In this document: piece by piece, positions 29,401 to 42,169 of the stretch | How the letters are laid out: each line of letters begins with the position of its first letter | How positions within the stretch are numbered: position 1 is the first letter of the stretch | Origin: the human T2T-CHM13v2.0 reference genome, Homo sapiens | Length of the DNA stretch: 64,000 nucleotides | Assembly: GCF_009914755.1 (NCBI RefSeq) | Contig: NC_060939.1 | Reading direction: 5' to 3' (one strand) | Notes under the pieces: generated by a model | Databases searched by the model: none | Seen by the model: only the letters and a program-made list of their open reading frames with translations | Told to the model about the DNA's origin: nothing | Translations under genes and position numbers: made by a program

Positions 29401-32400
29401 AGAAGCGTCCTTGATCTGACAGTGGTGTATACTGTGAATTGGAAGAGTGGGTTCAGTCTAGGCTGTTTACCCAAGTTGGTGTTTCATGGACCATTGTTCT
29501 TCTAATCTAGTAGTTTAATAGTTTTATATTAGGGGAGGGGAAAGTGTTCCCTGTTCAAGTAAGCTAGAGAATCCCTGCAGGAGAAGCAGGGAGAAGGATA
29601 TTGACAATGTAGAATGCTTTCTGTGATATACTGTATTCAGTTGTGTTGCCGTATTAAACACAGTGGATGTTTGAATGTTCTGTAGATTTTTATCACCTGA
29701 AATTTGTTGGTTTTCATGCTGATGTCTTCAAGGATGATTCAGGAGGAGCAGTATAGGTGGCTGGTCTAGTTTCATTTCCCAGCCCCAGTCCACAAAGGGC
29801 TCTGTTTATCTAAAACAATGGCAGTGTTTCCTACCGTCCTGCTAAATAAGAGGTCTAACACACAGTAAAGTGTTCTTAAAAGATTTTAGGGACACTGAGG
29901 TGTAGGGTGTGGCACGGGCAACCGTTGGTTGCACAGATACAGTAGATGCTCTATGTTTCTATTGAGTTAAGATACAGTTAGCTGTATTTTCCTTGTATCT
30001 TTCTGCAGATCTCTTCCTTCATGCCTCCTCTAGAAACACTAGCAGCGCTGGGTGTTTCTAAGGTCTTGGGGACCTTAGGCAAGCTGGTTAACCTCTCTGT
30101 GCTTTAGTTTTCTCATGTGTAAAGCACTGTGTGCTGGAGATTTTTAAAAAGTGTGTTGATATAGTAAGTCATTTAATCTGTGGTTATATACCTAGTAAAT
30201 GACAAGCAGGAATTTGAACTCAGGCCAGGCTCTTAACCAGCTTGCTGCATTACGAAATACTAAACAGTGTGGTTTTCCCTCCTGGAATTCCCTTTCTTTC
30301 TAAGTGCATTATCTCTTATACCCTTTGTTTAGTCAGACTACTTCCTCTATTTCAAAGAGAAAGGAAAGAAGCTCTTTTTTAATTGTTCAGAGTTGTGTAT
30401 GGCAAAGAGAATGCCCAAATAGATTTTGTTTTGGAATCTTATTGTTACTGGTTGTTTACTGCCCCACATCCTTAGCTCCAAAGAGCAGAGAGGATTTACT
30501 GTGAAGTTTGGCATGTATTGTAGGCTATTATGCCATGTAATAGGCCCAAAATTGTGGCCCTAGGAATACAAATTATGTTAAGACATTTAAGGCAATTTCT
30601 AGAAATCTTTTTCCCTTGAAAAGAGTACCAATAATTTTTCTCGCTAATGGCCAAAATTACTCAAATCTTACTTTTGGACTTTTAAAATATATTTTTACTG
30701 CGTTATAGTTGAAATGTAGGTATGGTTGAAACGTAAATCTAGATCTTAAGTGTACTATTCAATCAATTTTGCTGTTGGTACTATTCAATCAAATAGGCCA
30801 GTGGGTTTTCTTTGTATTTAATCAATTAGTATGGGAAAATATTTTTATTTTAAATAAATGTCTCTCTTTATTTTTTGTGTATTTCTAAATTCATATGTAT
30901 TTTCAACTCATTTTTTCACTCGGATACATAGTTTAACAACAGCCTATTGGAAGTACTCTTTTATATGAGTTTCTGCTATACTTGAATAGTTTCCCTTCAG
31001 AAATGAACTGTTTGTGTTGGAGCTACATAGAGTGAATAAATTTCCTGGGCGGAAACGATAATAAAATATTCAGGAAGTTATTAGGAAATGAGAACTTGTG
31101 TTCTTGTTCAGTCAGATAAGCTTCTGAGACCTTTGCATATATCAAAGCAGATTGTATTAGAGGAAGGAATGAGAGATTTGGCAACTTTCTTCTAATAGTG
31201 ATAGGGACCTTGGTCAATAGAATGATGGAATATATGATGTATAAATGAAAGAAAAATTCTCAAAGCAAAGTTGTTTGAGAATTGTTTTTTCTCTCTCTTT
31301 TTGTTTGTCAGGGAAGAAAAGTGAGAGCTTTCTGAAGTTAGGTTATGTAAATAACCCAGTAGGGAAAACTGTTCCTGGGGGAGACCTACAAATAATTGAT
31401 GGCAATAAGCTTCAGGAGTATGAAAGAAGTGGATGAGTATGCCTTTCCCCCATTGATTCCACTCACATTTTTTCTTCTCTGTGCTTTGCTCTCTTGTTGC
31501 CATTAGACAGTTTCTATCTGTCCTTAATTTTAGCCAGTTTGTTCTAAAGTAACTGTGAACACTGTAACTCTCTAGCCAGTGCCTTTCTTTTATTGAATGG
31601 AATTGGTGTACTAGTTGTTTTATTTAACAAACAGAGTTTATAGGCTTGTTTTTTCCTCAACATGTCTTCATGGCAGAGACAATTTACCCTTAAGTTGGTG
31701 AGCCCTGGATCCCCTCACTTGCATAGACCTCTTCTAGGATCTGGGAGAGGCTCTAGCAGTGTAGTGTGTTTGTTAGTTACATATTTTTGTAACATTTGCA
31801 AAATTGAAAAATTTTTTTCCATTTTTTTTTTTTCTTCAAAAAGGCCCTCAAATTATATATGCTTCAAATTTCACAAAACTCAGGTCAGCCTTGGTTCATG
31901 GTAGAGGTTGGGTGTTGATTTCTAATTGTGGCCGAGGTAGATTTGGTTAGTGGATTAAAGGACATGAGGAAGGAAGCATTAGTGAGGAAGTTGAACCATT
32001 GACTGGTGTGTATAGTGGCCAGGGATCTCTTTCTGAGTGTCAGGGGTCATCTCTTCTCCCTGCAAACATGGGCCAGAAAGAGGCGGGAGAAGTTGGGTAG
32101 GACTGGAAGAAGGACAGTGGAGGGAAAGGTGTGCTGCAGCCAAGGTGGTAAACAAATTAAGGTGTTCTCCTTAGATTTCAAGGATGCATTTGCAAATAGC
32201 GTTTTCAATAGCATTTTAAAATAACTGAAGAGTCATTTCAAGATAATATATTTCATCTTGATAATAATACATTTTAAGAATTTTAGAATTATTGAAAAAT
32301 TTGAAAAGTCAATTTCATAATTAACTGATTGACTTGAGATTAAAGTCTTTATCTTATTAATTAGAATATATTGCTGAACACATAAAACACAGACATGTTC

Positions 32401-32834
32401 ATTTTTGAAGGGCGTTGCTGTAACTTGGGTTTTGCTAGCTTCTTGGTTTGGTAGATGTTTCATCTCTCTCCCCTTTTTCTCATTGTCTCACCTGTATTTT
32501 TTTCTACCTTTTCATTTCATGTTCCCTTTACTTTGGGATTCAAACTCCTCTTAGACTTCTCAGGATTTTGAATGACTGGACTATAGATAATCACATTTTA
32601 AAACTGCATTTTAATATTCTGTTCTCTTTAAAGAAAATTAGGTACTCTGCATGGCCTGGGGACAAATTTACAGTTAAATAGAAGTATAATGTTCTGAGGG
32701 CCAATTGTAACTACCCTGTGGTTAACTGGCTCAGGTTCAAATACAGTTAAAATTATTTTACTTTTCCTAAAATTCCTTCTAATTGGACTAACTTATCAGG
32801 GTTGATAAAAACATTTCCAGAACGTAGTATGGAT

Positions 32835-32863
32835 CTGCCACCTGGTGGTGAAATATTACAGCA
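32835..32863 (-). promoter_or_regulatory. Candidate CTCF site with upstream module
   Basis: Minus strand reads TGCTGT-AATATTTCA-CCACCAGGTGGCAG; the core matches CCASYAGRKGGCRS exactly. Confidence 0.7.
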
Positions 32864-32874
32864 AGTACTAAGTG

Positions 32875-33475
32875 TTTTGTTTTTTTTTTTCTGAGACAAG
32901 GACTCACTGTCACCCAGACTGGAGTGCAGTAGCACCATCACAGCTCACTGTAGCCTCGACCTCCTGGACTCAAGCAATCTTCCCACCTTAGCCCCCAGAG
33001 TAGCTGGGACCGTAGGTGCATGCCACCACACCTGGCTAATTTTTAAAGTTTTTGTAGAGATAGGGTCTCACTATGTTGCCCAGGCTGGTCTTGAGCTCCT
33101 GTCTCAGCCTCCCAAAGTGCTGGCATTACAGGTATGAGCCACCACACCCAGCCAAATACTAGTATTTTTTTTTTTTTTTTTTGAGATGGAGTCTTGCTCT
33201 GTCACCCAGGCTTGAGTGCAGTAGCCCAATTTTGGCTCACTGCAACCTCCGCACTCCCTGCTCCGGGCCCAAGTGATTCTCCTGCCTCAGCCTCCCGAGT
33301 AGCTGGGACTACAGGCATGCACCACTGCATCCAGCTAATTATTGTATTTTTAGTAGAGATGGGGTTTTGCCACATTGGCCGGACTGGTCTCGAGCTCCTG
33401 ACCTCAGGTGATCTGCCCAACTTGGCCTCCCAGAGTGCTGGGATTACTTACAGGCATGAGCCGCCACGCCCAGCC
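32875..33475 (-). mobile_element. Tandem AluJ (32875-33153) and AluSx (33165-33475)
   Basis: Two dimers; the second appears inserted in the TSD (aaatact) of the first. Confidence 0.92.
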
Positions 33476-33989
33476 TAAATACTTGATAAGAATTTAATAA
33501 TGGATTCTTGCCTTTGTGGCCATAATATTTAGAGTCGAGTCTACTTAAGCTCTTTAGATATGTAACATTTTCCTCCCCTAAGTTTTTTTCACTGAGAAAA
33601 TGTTACTTAAATGCGATAGAGTAGGTAAATTTTGACTGATGTGTTTCTGTCTACCGCATCGTAATATAAGATGACATTTGTAGAATTACTGAGCTGAAAT
33701 AAATTCTGCACACATTGAGAATGTACTCTCCTTAAATTTGAAGATGAGCTTTTGAGAAGAGAAGATTGCTGTTAATTTTTCTAAAATTTCAATGTGGATA
33801 GTCATTGATTCACAGAAAAAACAGTAATATGAAGTTCACAGAACAAAGAAAAAACAGTAAGATGAAGTTCACAGAACAAAGGATTTTTTTTTTTGGAAAG
33901 AAAGCATTTTGTTTATTCACTTAAAAATATTAGCAGGCATATTAAAACTACTTTTAGCAAATAGACTAACAGAGTTTTATCACCCTCAA

Positions 33990-34720
33990 ATGAATTATTA
34001 ATACATATCAGTATTTTATATATGGGCACTGTGTTAGGTATACATGATAAAATAGTGAAAATAAAAATGTCTCTTGTCCTCCTGGAGTTTATAATCTAGC
34101 TAGAATCTGTAATCTAACATAATGTTAAGGGCCATACAGGAGAAGTGCATAATAGGGAGAGTTCACCCTGGCTAGTGTATCAGAGAAAGCTTCCCTAAGG
34201 AAGTGACGTTTCAGCTGAGATCTGACAGATACAGACCCTGGCTAAAATGTGTGTCTGTATCCCTTTAAAGTGGGAAGGAGAGTGGCAAGTATGAGGAATT
34301 GAAAATAACAGAGTGCCTGGAATGTAGTGAGAGAAGGGACTGTGGTGTGAATGAAAACAGGAAAGACGGTAGGAGCAAATAATTCAGGGCCTTGTTGGAT
34401 GTGTATCAAGGACTTTGGACTTCATCATGAGAGTAATGGAAAGCTGTTGAATTGTGTAGTTAAGCAGTGTCAGATCAGATTAATGAGAAATGAATTGGAG
34501 CAGGGCAAAACTGAAAAGAGGTCAGGCAGTTGGTTAGAAAGCAATTGTGGTAGTTGTGGCTTGGACTAGAGAGTGTAAATGGGCGTGATGAGAGGCTGCC
34601 ATATTTCAAATATATTTGAGGTAGAATAGACAAGACTTGGTGATTGAATGGGATGGAAGGGGGAGAGGTAGAGGGAGATGCCAAGGATGGGCCCAAATTT
34701 CTGGCATTCATACATTCAAT
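33990..34720 (-). mobile_element. L2
   Basis: gggcactgtgttagg...ggaagtgacgtttcagctgagatctga...atatatttgaggtagaa. Confidence 0.75.
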
Positions 34721-35189
34721 AAATATATAAATATAAAACATATATATATATAAAACACAGTTTGGTCCTTAAAGATAGAAAGTCGAGTAGCCCCAGCGTT
34801 CAGTTCACAGTACATTATCATTGGACAGTGCAAGATATCTCTTATTTTGTATTTTTTACTCTGCCTTCATCTGCCACACTCAGTCCCATTTCCCTTGTCT
34901 CCTTAGGCTTCTACTCTAATATGTTTTATATATGTTTTTGAATATGCATTAAATACATAAAATATGAAATGTTGTTTTGTGTGTTTTTAACTTGTGATAC
35001 TGTGCTGTACATGTTATTTTCTTCGTTATTCTGCCTTATGTTCCTTATTACTAGCTGTATGGCCATAGGTAAGTTATATAATGATTTTTCTGTTTCCTCA
35101 TCTGTAAAGTGAGGATAACAATAGTATTAACAGTACTTAGATTATAGATAAACTTTTTTAATCCTCCCAACAAGTATTCAGGTGTCTGC

Positions 35190-35258
35190 CTCAAGGGATC
35201 CTCCTGCCTTAGCTTCCCAAAACACTGGGATTACAGGCATGAGGCACTATGCCTGGCC
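35190..35258 (-). mobile_element. Alu left-arm fragment
   Basis: ctcctgccttagcttcccaaaacactgggattacaggcatgag. Confidence 0.85.
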
Positions 35259-35261
35259 TGT

Positions 35262-36052
35262 TTTTCATTTATTTTTTATTTTATTTATTTTCATTGACAA
35301 ATAAAAATTGAATATATTTATTGTGGACAACATAATAATGTTTTAAAATATATAGGGATTGTGGAATGGCTAAATTGAGCTAATTAACATATGTATTACC
35401 TCATATACTTAACGTTTTTCTGTAGTGAGAATGGTTAAAATCTACCCTAGAACTTAAAGTATAATTAAAAAAAAAATCTCCCAGCGATTTTCAAGAATAT
35501 AATACATTGTTATAATATTAACTACACTAACCTTATTGTACAATAGACCTCTTGAACTTATTCCTCCTATCTAACTGAAATTTTTTATCCTTTTGCTAAC
35601 ATCACCCAAATCCCCACCCTTCAACCTCTGGTAACCACCATTCTGCTGTCTGCATTTATGAATTCTACGTTTTTAGATTACACATTTAAGTGACATCATG
35701 CAGTATTTGTTTTTCTATACCTGGCTTATTGTACTTAAAATGTCCTCCAGGTTCATCTTTATTGTCACAAATGGGAAGATTTCCTCCTTTTTAAAGGCTG
35801 AATAGTATTCCATTGTGTATATATACCATTTTTTCCTTTATCCATTCATCTGTTGATGGACACTGGGTAAATTCCACGTCTTGGCTATTGTGAATAATGC
35901 TGTAGTGAGTATGGAGGTGAAGATATCTCTTTGATATACTTATTTCATTTCCTTTGGATATATACCCAGTGGTGGGATTGCTGGATCATAGGGAAGTTTT
36001 ATTTTTCATTTTTTGAGGAACTTTCATATTGTTTTCCACAATGGCTATACTG
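35262..36052 (-). mobile_element. L1MA 3' end
   Basis: attgacaaataaaaattg...ctcttgaacttattcctcctatctaactgaaa...ggctgaatagtattccattgtg. Confidence 0.85.
35444..35472 (+). mobile_element. Extremely 5'-truncated L1PA insertion
   Basis: ACCCTAGAACTTAAAGTATAAT plus A-tail, the L1PA 3' terminus; TSD AAAATCT; TT/AAAA site. Confidence 0.8.
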
Positions 36053-36084
36053 TCCATTTATGTTTCAATTTTACCTTTTTCTTT

Positions 36085-36133
36085 GTGTGTGTGTGTGTGT
36101 GTTTAATGTGTGTGTGTTTAATGTGTGTGTGTG
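36085..36133. repeat. (TG)n interrupted by two TTTAA units
   Basis: Directly visible. Confidence 0.85.
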
Positions 36134-36399
36134 TTCAGTGGCCCCAGGTCTTCTACAGTTTCTTCTTTAATAGTTTTAGGTTTCATCTTTAGGTAATAAA
36201 TATTTATTCAACAACTGCCTTGTTCTAGGCATTGGATGTAAAACCGTGAACCAGGTATACAGGGGCCTTAGCTGACCCCATGGAGAAACAAAGCAACTGG
36301 ATGGATAGTGGTAGTGATTTAGGAAATATGGATGATGAGGAAGTTTGGGGCAGAAGTGGGGGTTGGATAGAGTAAAGATCATTAGTTCAGTTAAAAATG

Positions 36400-38910
36400 T
36401 TTTTTTTTTAAACTACAGAGGGCCCTTATGCCAGCTTTTTGTAGTCAAGCCCTCCCTCCACTCCTAACTCTTGGCATTCACTGATCTATTCACCATCCCT
36501 TTCCCTTTTCCGGGCATAAAATATGTAATCTTTTGGGGCTGGCTTCTTTCACCAAGCATAATGCCTTTATCACACAACAACATAGATGAATCTCAATGTT
36601 GTATGAAAGTTTGTTCCTTTTCATCACTGAGTAGTATTCCATTGTATGAATGTACCATAGCTTATCCATTCACCTGGTGAATGACAACTGGGTTGCCAGC
36701 AGTTCGTAGGGATTATGAATAAGGCAGCTATAAACATTTGGGTTTATAACGTTAGGTTTTTGCGTCAACATGTTTTCATTTCTCTAGGGCATGTATCTCA
36801 GAGTAAGATTGCTGGGTCATATGGTAAGTGTTTAACTTTATGAGATACTGCTCAGCTGTTCCTCAGAATGGCTGTAACTTTAAAATTCCCACCAACAGTG
36901 TATGGGAGTTATAGTTGATTGGCATCCTCACCAGTGTTAGGTATTCTCAGTTTTGTTTTGTTTTAGCCATTCTATTAGGTATTTTAGTGATGTCTCATAG
37001 TTTTAAATTGCATTTCCCTAATGACTGATGATGTTGAGCATCTTTTTCTGTGCAACTTGCCCTTTTTGGTGAAGTGTGTATGCAAATCTTTTGCCCATTA
37101 AGAAAATTGAGGTTGTTTTCTTGTTGTTGAGTTTTGAATTCTTTATATATTTTTTATACAATTTATTTTGTTAATAATTTGCAAATATTTTCTCCCAGTC
37201 TGTCTTTTTATACTTTCAATGTCTTTCACAGCAAAAGTTTGAAATTTAGTGAGGTTCGACTTGCCAGTTTTTTTCTTTTATGAATTATGTTTTTAGTGTT
37301 ATGTCTAAGAACTCTGTGTCTAAGCCAGGTTTACAAAGACTTTTCTCCTTTATTTCTTCTAGGAATTTTATAGTTTTACATTTGACATTTAGATTTATGA
37401 TCCATATTGAGTTAATTTTTACATAAAGTCAAGATTTTCTTTTGCATATGGATATCCAGTTGTTCCAACCTTGTTTGTTGAAAAGACTATCCTTTTTCCA
37501 GTGAATTGCATTAGGACTTATGTCAGAAATCAGTTGACCATAGTTGTGTGGGTCTACTTCTGTGTTCTCTGTTTGGTTCCATTGATCTATATATCTGTCC
37601 TTTTGCCTATCCCACATTGTCTTGATTGCTGTAGCTTTATAGTAAGTTTTCAAGTTGGGTAGTTTGAATCCTTCAATTTTGTTTTTCTTTTCTGAAATTG
37701 TTTAGCTATTCTACTTTCTTTCTTTTTCCCTGTAAGTTTGTCAGTTTATCTTTATGAAAATTTTGGTTGAGATTATGACTGGAATTGTATTAAGTTCATA
37801 GACTAATTTAGGAAGAATGGGCATCTTAGCTATCATGAGTCTTTCAATCCATGAATATAGTATGTCTTTTTTTTTTTTTTTTTTGAGATGGAGTCTCACT
37901 CTGTCACCCAGGCTGGAGTGCAGCAGTGGCACAATCTCTGCTCACTGCAACCTCTGCATCCTGAGTTCTAACTGCCTGTTTCTAGATTTCTTTTTTTTTT
38001 TTTTTTTTGAGTTGGAGTCTCTGTTGCCTAGGCTGGAGTGCAGTGGCGCGATCTTGATTCACACGATTCTCCTGCCTCAGCCTCCTGAGTAGCTAGGATT
38101 ACAGGCACATGCCACCATGCCTGGCTAATTTTTGTATTTTTAGTAGAGATGGGGTTTCACCATGTTGGCCAGGCTGGTCTCGAACTCCTGATCTCATGTG
38201 ATTCACCTGCCTCGACCTCCCAAAATGCTGGGATTACATGCGTGAGCCACCGCGCCTAGCCAGAAACAATTTTATTTGTTCCTTTTCATTTGTATGTCTT
38301 CTGTTAATTTTCTTTGCCTTATTACACTGGATAGGATTTTCAGTACAGCAAAAAATGGTGAATGTGGACATCTTTGCCTTGTTTCTGATTTTAGGGAGAA
38401 AGCACTCTGTCTTTTACCATTAAGTATGATGTTAGCTTTAGTTTTTTTGTAGATTCTCTTTTTTGAGTTAAACTCCCATTCTGTTCCTAGTTTCTGAGAG
38501 TTTTTTAAAATCATGAATGGTAGTTGAATTTTGTCAAATACATTTCTGCATCTGTTGATAAGATCATGTGGTTTTCCTTTATAGTCTGTCATTATGGTGG
38601 CTTACAGTGAGTGGTTTCTGAATGTTGAGCAATCTTATATTAGGATAAACCTCAACTTGGTAGTGGCTTAATATTCCTTTTATTTATTATATGTAACTGG
38701 ATTTGATTTGCTAATGCTGCATTGAAGATCATGCCATCTTTGTTCATGAGGAATATTGGTTTGTAGTTTTCTTGTACTGTCTTTGTCTGGTTTTAGTGTC
38801 AGAGTAATGCTAGCTGCATAAAATGAGTTGGGACATGTTCCTTCCTTTTTTATTTTCTGGAAAAGATCATGTGGAATGTTATTTCTTCTTTAACTGTTTA
38901 GTAGAATTTA
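36400..38910 (-). mobile_element. L1MB/MC fragment (ORF2 3' part and 3'UTR), interrupted by Alus
   Basis: Minus-strand ORF 37429-37653 (KTYYKATAIKTMW...IDQWN...DSLFNK.GW.NWISICK) and 38272-38592 (FDKIQ.PFM...ANIILNG) are L1 ORF2 remnants. Confidence 0.9.
37867..38261 (-). mobile_element. Truncated Alu (37867-37970) and internally deleted AluS (37991-38261)
   Basis: Two poly-T-led Alu segments 20 nt apart; no TSDs evident. Confidence 0.9.
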
Positions 38911-41229
38911 ATACTGAGATGAAATGGGTCTTCTACAAGATAAATTTACTTTCATAATCAGAATAATGTAATTGTAGAAACTTAAACTATAGAAATGAAT
39001 GATGAGAATATCATGTCTCACAATTCAGATGATTATTAATATTTTGGAATTCTTTTTCTAGTTTTTTCCTCTGTATACATAATTGTATATTTTTGAATTG
39101 CATATAAATGTGGGTATATATTTAAAACAAAATTTGTGATTATACTACAAATACCATTTTATTTCTGGACCCAGTGTGGTTTCTAATTTTGTTGTATGGA
39201 TATGCCATAATTTTACATAAACATTCTTCTAATGTTGAACATTTAAGTGTGATAAATGTCTTTTATGTGTTTTTTTCCTGATAATTTATTTGACTTATTT
39301 CTAGAAAAGAATTTGACATATGTAAGGCTGCTCACACACATTGCTAAATTGCTTTCTAGAAAGTATATATACGTTTTTACTCTAAAATAGGTACCTTAAA
39401 AAGTATGTTTATATCTTCAGATATGTAAAGACATATAAAATATATAGTAATATATATCTGACTATGCATATTCATATTTTTTTTTAAAGGAAGGAGTGGA
39501 AGTGAAGAGAATATATATCAAGGGGTTAGCAAGATTAAGGGAAAGACTAAAGAAATTTTTCTATGAGACATCTTTGTAGATCAGGGCAAAGATTCAGTGG
39601 AAAGGAAGATATTGAACCAGGAGCAAAAATGCAGAGAGTTGTTTGAAATGATGAAATATGGTCTGGATGAAAATGTAGGGAAAAATGATATCAAGGAGAG
39701 AAATGCAGGAAACAAAGGAACTGTGCTTCTTTTAGGTTGAGACCTGAAATAGCTGATATTTGACCAGTTTTTACCTAAAAACATGTAGTTTCAAACACTT
39801 TTACCTGATACTTGTGATGGAAAGTAAAGAGGAAAGATGCAAAATAAATTTTGAAGTGCAAAGAAGAGAAATTCAATTTATAGAAAAGGGATTGCATTTT
39901 CCCAAATAGGAGGCAAGGCTATCTTAATAGAATGGGTCAGGGTAAAAAGAGTGAAAAAGTTTTGTATAAATAGTGTGGGGAATGTACAGTTATAGTCACA
40001 GACAAAGATGAGTTAAGGGGCAGTAGTCTCAACACAAAATGAAGGCTAGGATTAAAGGAGAGGGAAAGGACTGAAGAGGATGGGGACATTCAAAAGAGAG
40101 CATTTTAGTTAATTTTGGTAAATTAATTGGGCGTGAAATAGAGAAGATGAAGTAAGAGAGAGTAAAGTCTTGAGGCTAGAAAAACTCCTAAGAAGAAGGA
40201 AGATACTTCCTAAGAAGATTCAGAAAGAGTAAGGAAGGAAAAGTGTTAGATTTTAATTTGTTGAGCTTGAGTTGACTTGAAGGAAGAGATTCAGATTTGT
40301 GCATCATTATGGTTGATAGTTGCAGTTCTGAGAATGAAAAAGCTCTTTGAGGAAACAAATACAGACAAAAGGTCATTTTATTTTTATTGGTTAGTAATTC
40401 AACAATGTCAGATATTTTCAAACCACTTATCTTTCTGTCTCCTGATTATAATGATGAGTGAACACTAGATTTTTATGTTTGATTAAAAGCAATTTATTTT
40501 TGTCTCCCTACCCCCTTTTCAGAAGTGGGAAATTTCACTTCTTTTTAAGACCGGACATAAGTATGTGTAGTAAAGAATAAGAATAGGAGGATAGATTAGA
40601 ATTAATTAGTTCAGTGATTTGTATGTACCTGATAAAGTATTCTAATAATTGTTTTTGGTATCTTAGAGAAAAAATATCTCCTAGGCAATATTTTTTTTTC
40701 TGCATATAAATGAAAATGTTTTGACATATGATATAGGACTAGTGAACCAATAACTTCTCCTGGGCATCTACCTCACCATGTAGAAAATGGAATGAAGACT
40801 TTGGCAAGCAGTCAAATAAAAATATGCAATGCATGGAAAATAACAAATGCGTTAAAAAGATAATATTGCCCATATTGAGGGAAGTACAAGTTAAAACAAC
40901 TTACACCATTTTTTTTTTTTTTGCTCCTTAACTTGGTCAACATTTAAAGGCTTCCCAGTGTTGACAAAGAAAAGGGAAAATGTCTTTCTCATATACTATT
41001 GAAGGGAATATAGATTGATACAGCCTTTTTTGTAGGTGGTGATATTTATCAAAATTTAAAATATACATTATTTTTTACTTAGTAATTCTGCTTCTAGAAA
41101 TCTATCCTACAGATACCTCTCAAGTGTGCAAAAAGTTATGGGCACAGAGATGTTCCTTGAAGCATTGTTTATAATAGCAACAAATTGGAAATGACTTAAA
41201 CACTGACCGTTGGGTATAGCCCTCCTACA

Positions 41230-41342
41230 TAGGATGACCATATGTCTAAATTTGCTTGGGACGGACCCAGTTTACACCAGCATAATTATTTAGAGCATTT
41301 TATTTTACTCTCAGATGTGTCCTGGTTTGGAAGATAATTTAC
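41230..41342. mobile_element. hAT-Blackjack MITE (MER94/MER81-like)
   Basis: taggatgaccatatgtc...tttgcttgggac...gtgtcctggtttgg. Confidence 0.6.
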
Positions 41343-41491
41343 CTGTTTGGTTTATGTTCACACTAATAGCATGGAGAACTATGTAGCTGTTCAAAATAAT
41401 GAGATAGAACTATAGGAATTGATATAGAAATATATTCAAGATACATTGTTATGTGAGAGAAACAAGTTGCATAACAATATATATTATTCCA

Positions 41492-41660
41492 TTTATTTTA
41501 TTTTATTTTTATTTATTTAAGAGGGAGTCTTGCTCTGTCGCTCAGGTTGGAGTGCAGTAGCGCAATCTTGGCTCACTGTGGCCTCCGTCTCCTGGGTTCA
41601 TGGGATTCTCCTGCCTCAGCCTCCTGAGTAGCTGGTACTACAGGCGCATGCTGCCAAGCC
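41492..41660 (-). mobile_element. 5'-truncated Alu (right arm only)
   Basis: TSD tattattccat / tattactccat. Confidence 0.9.
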
Positions 41661-42169
41661 TATTACTCCATGCATTTAAAAAAGTAAAATCTCTAAGCTC
41701 TCTGCATGTGAGTGAGAGAGAATGAGAGACAGGAGTTAAAAATGTCTGGAAGGATTCATACTAATTTGTTAATATGATAATCTCTGCTTAAAGATGGCAG
41801 CCCAATGAATAGGCATATATTGAATTTTTTAAAATATAAAAGCAGCAATAACAAAAAGGTGGGAACTGTTGATTGCCAGCAGATGCTATAATTTTTAACC
41901 AGAGAGCATTAATAAACAACTATTACAATTCTTAACATAAAATTATAAGTATTATACTCTGTCCTGTATAAATAACTATTGTATTAGAAAGAATACTAAT
42001 GGAAAATTTAAAAATTATCACTATCATTCCACTATTACCAATCATTTTACATGTTACCTCCTGTTCCTCGTATCTTTATGTACATAATTCTTACATCGTT
42101 ATAATCAGAGCATATAGTTTCATATTATTTTAAATTACACCCTATAGCATATTTTTTGTTACAATATAG

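Larger units (their letters stand above)
40880..41800 (+). mobile_element. L1ME-like 3' fragment, sense orientation
   Basis: gtaattctgcttctagaaatctatcctacaga...gcattgtttataatagcaacaaattggaaa. Confidence 0.7.

Noticed and set aside
37429-38592. Reverse-transcriptase-like ORF fragments
   Set aside because: Decayed L1 ORF2 with stops, frameshifts and Alu interruptions
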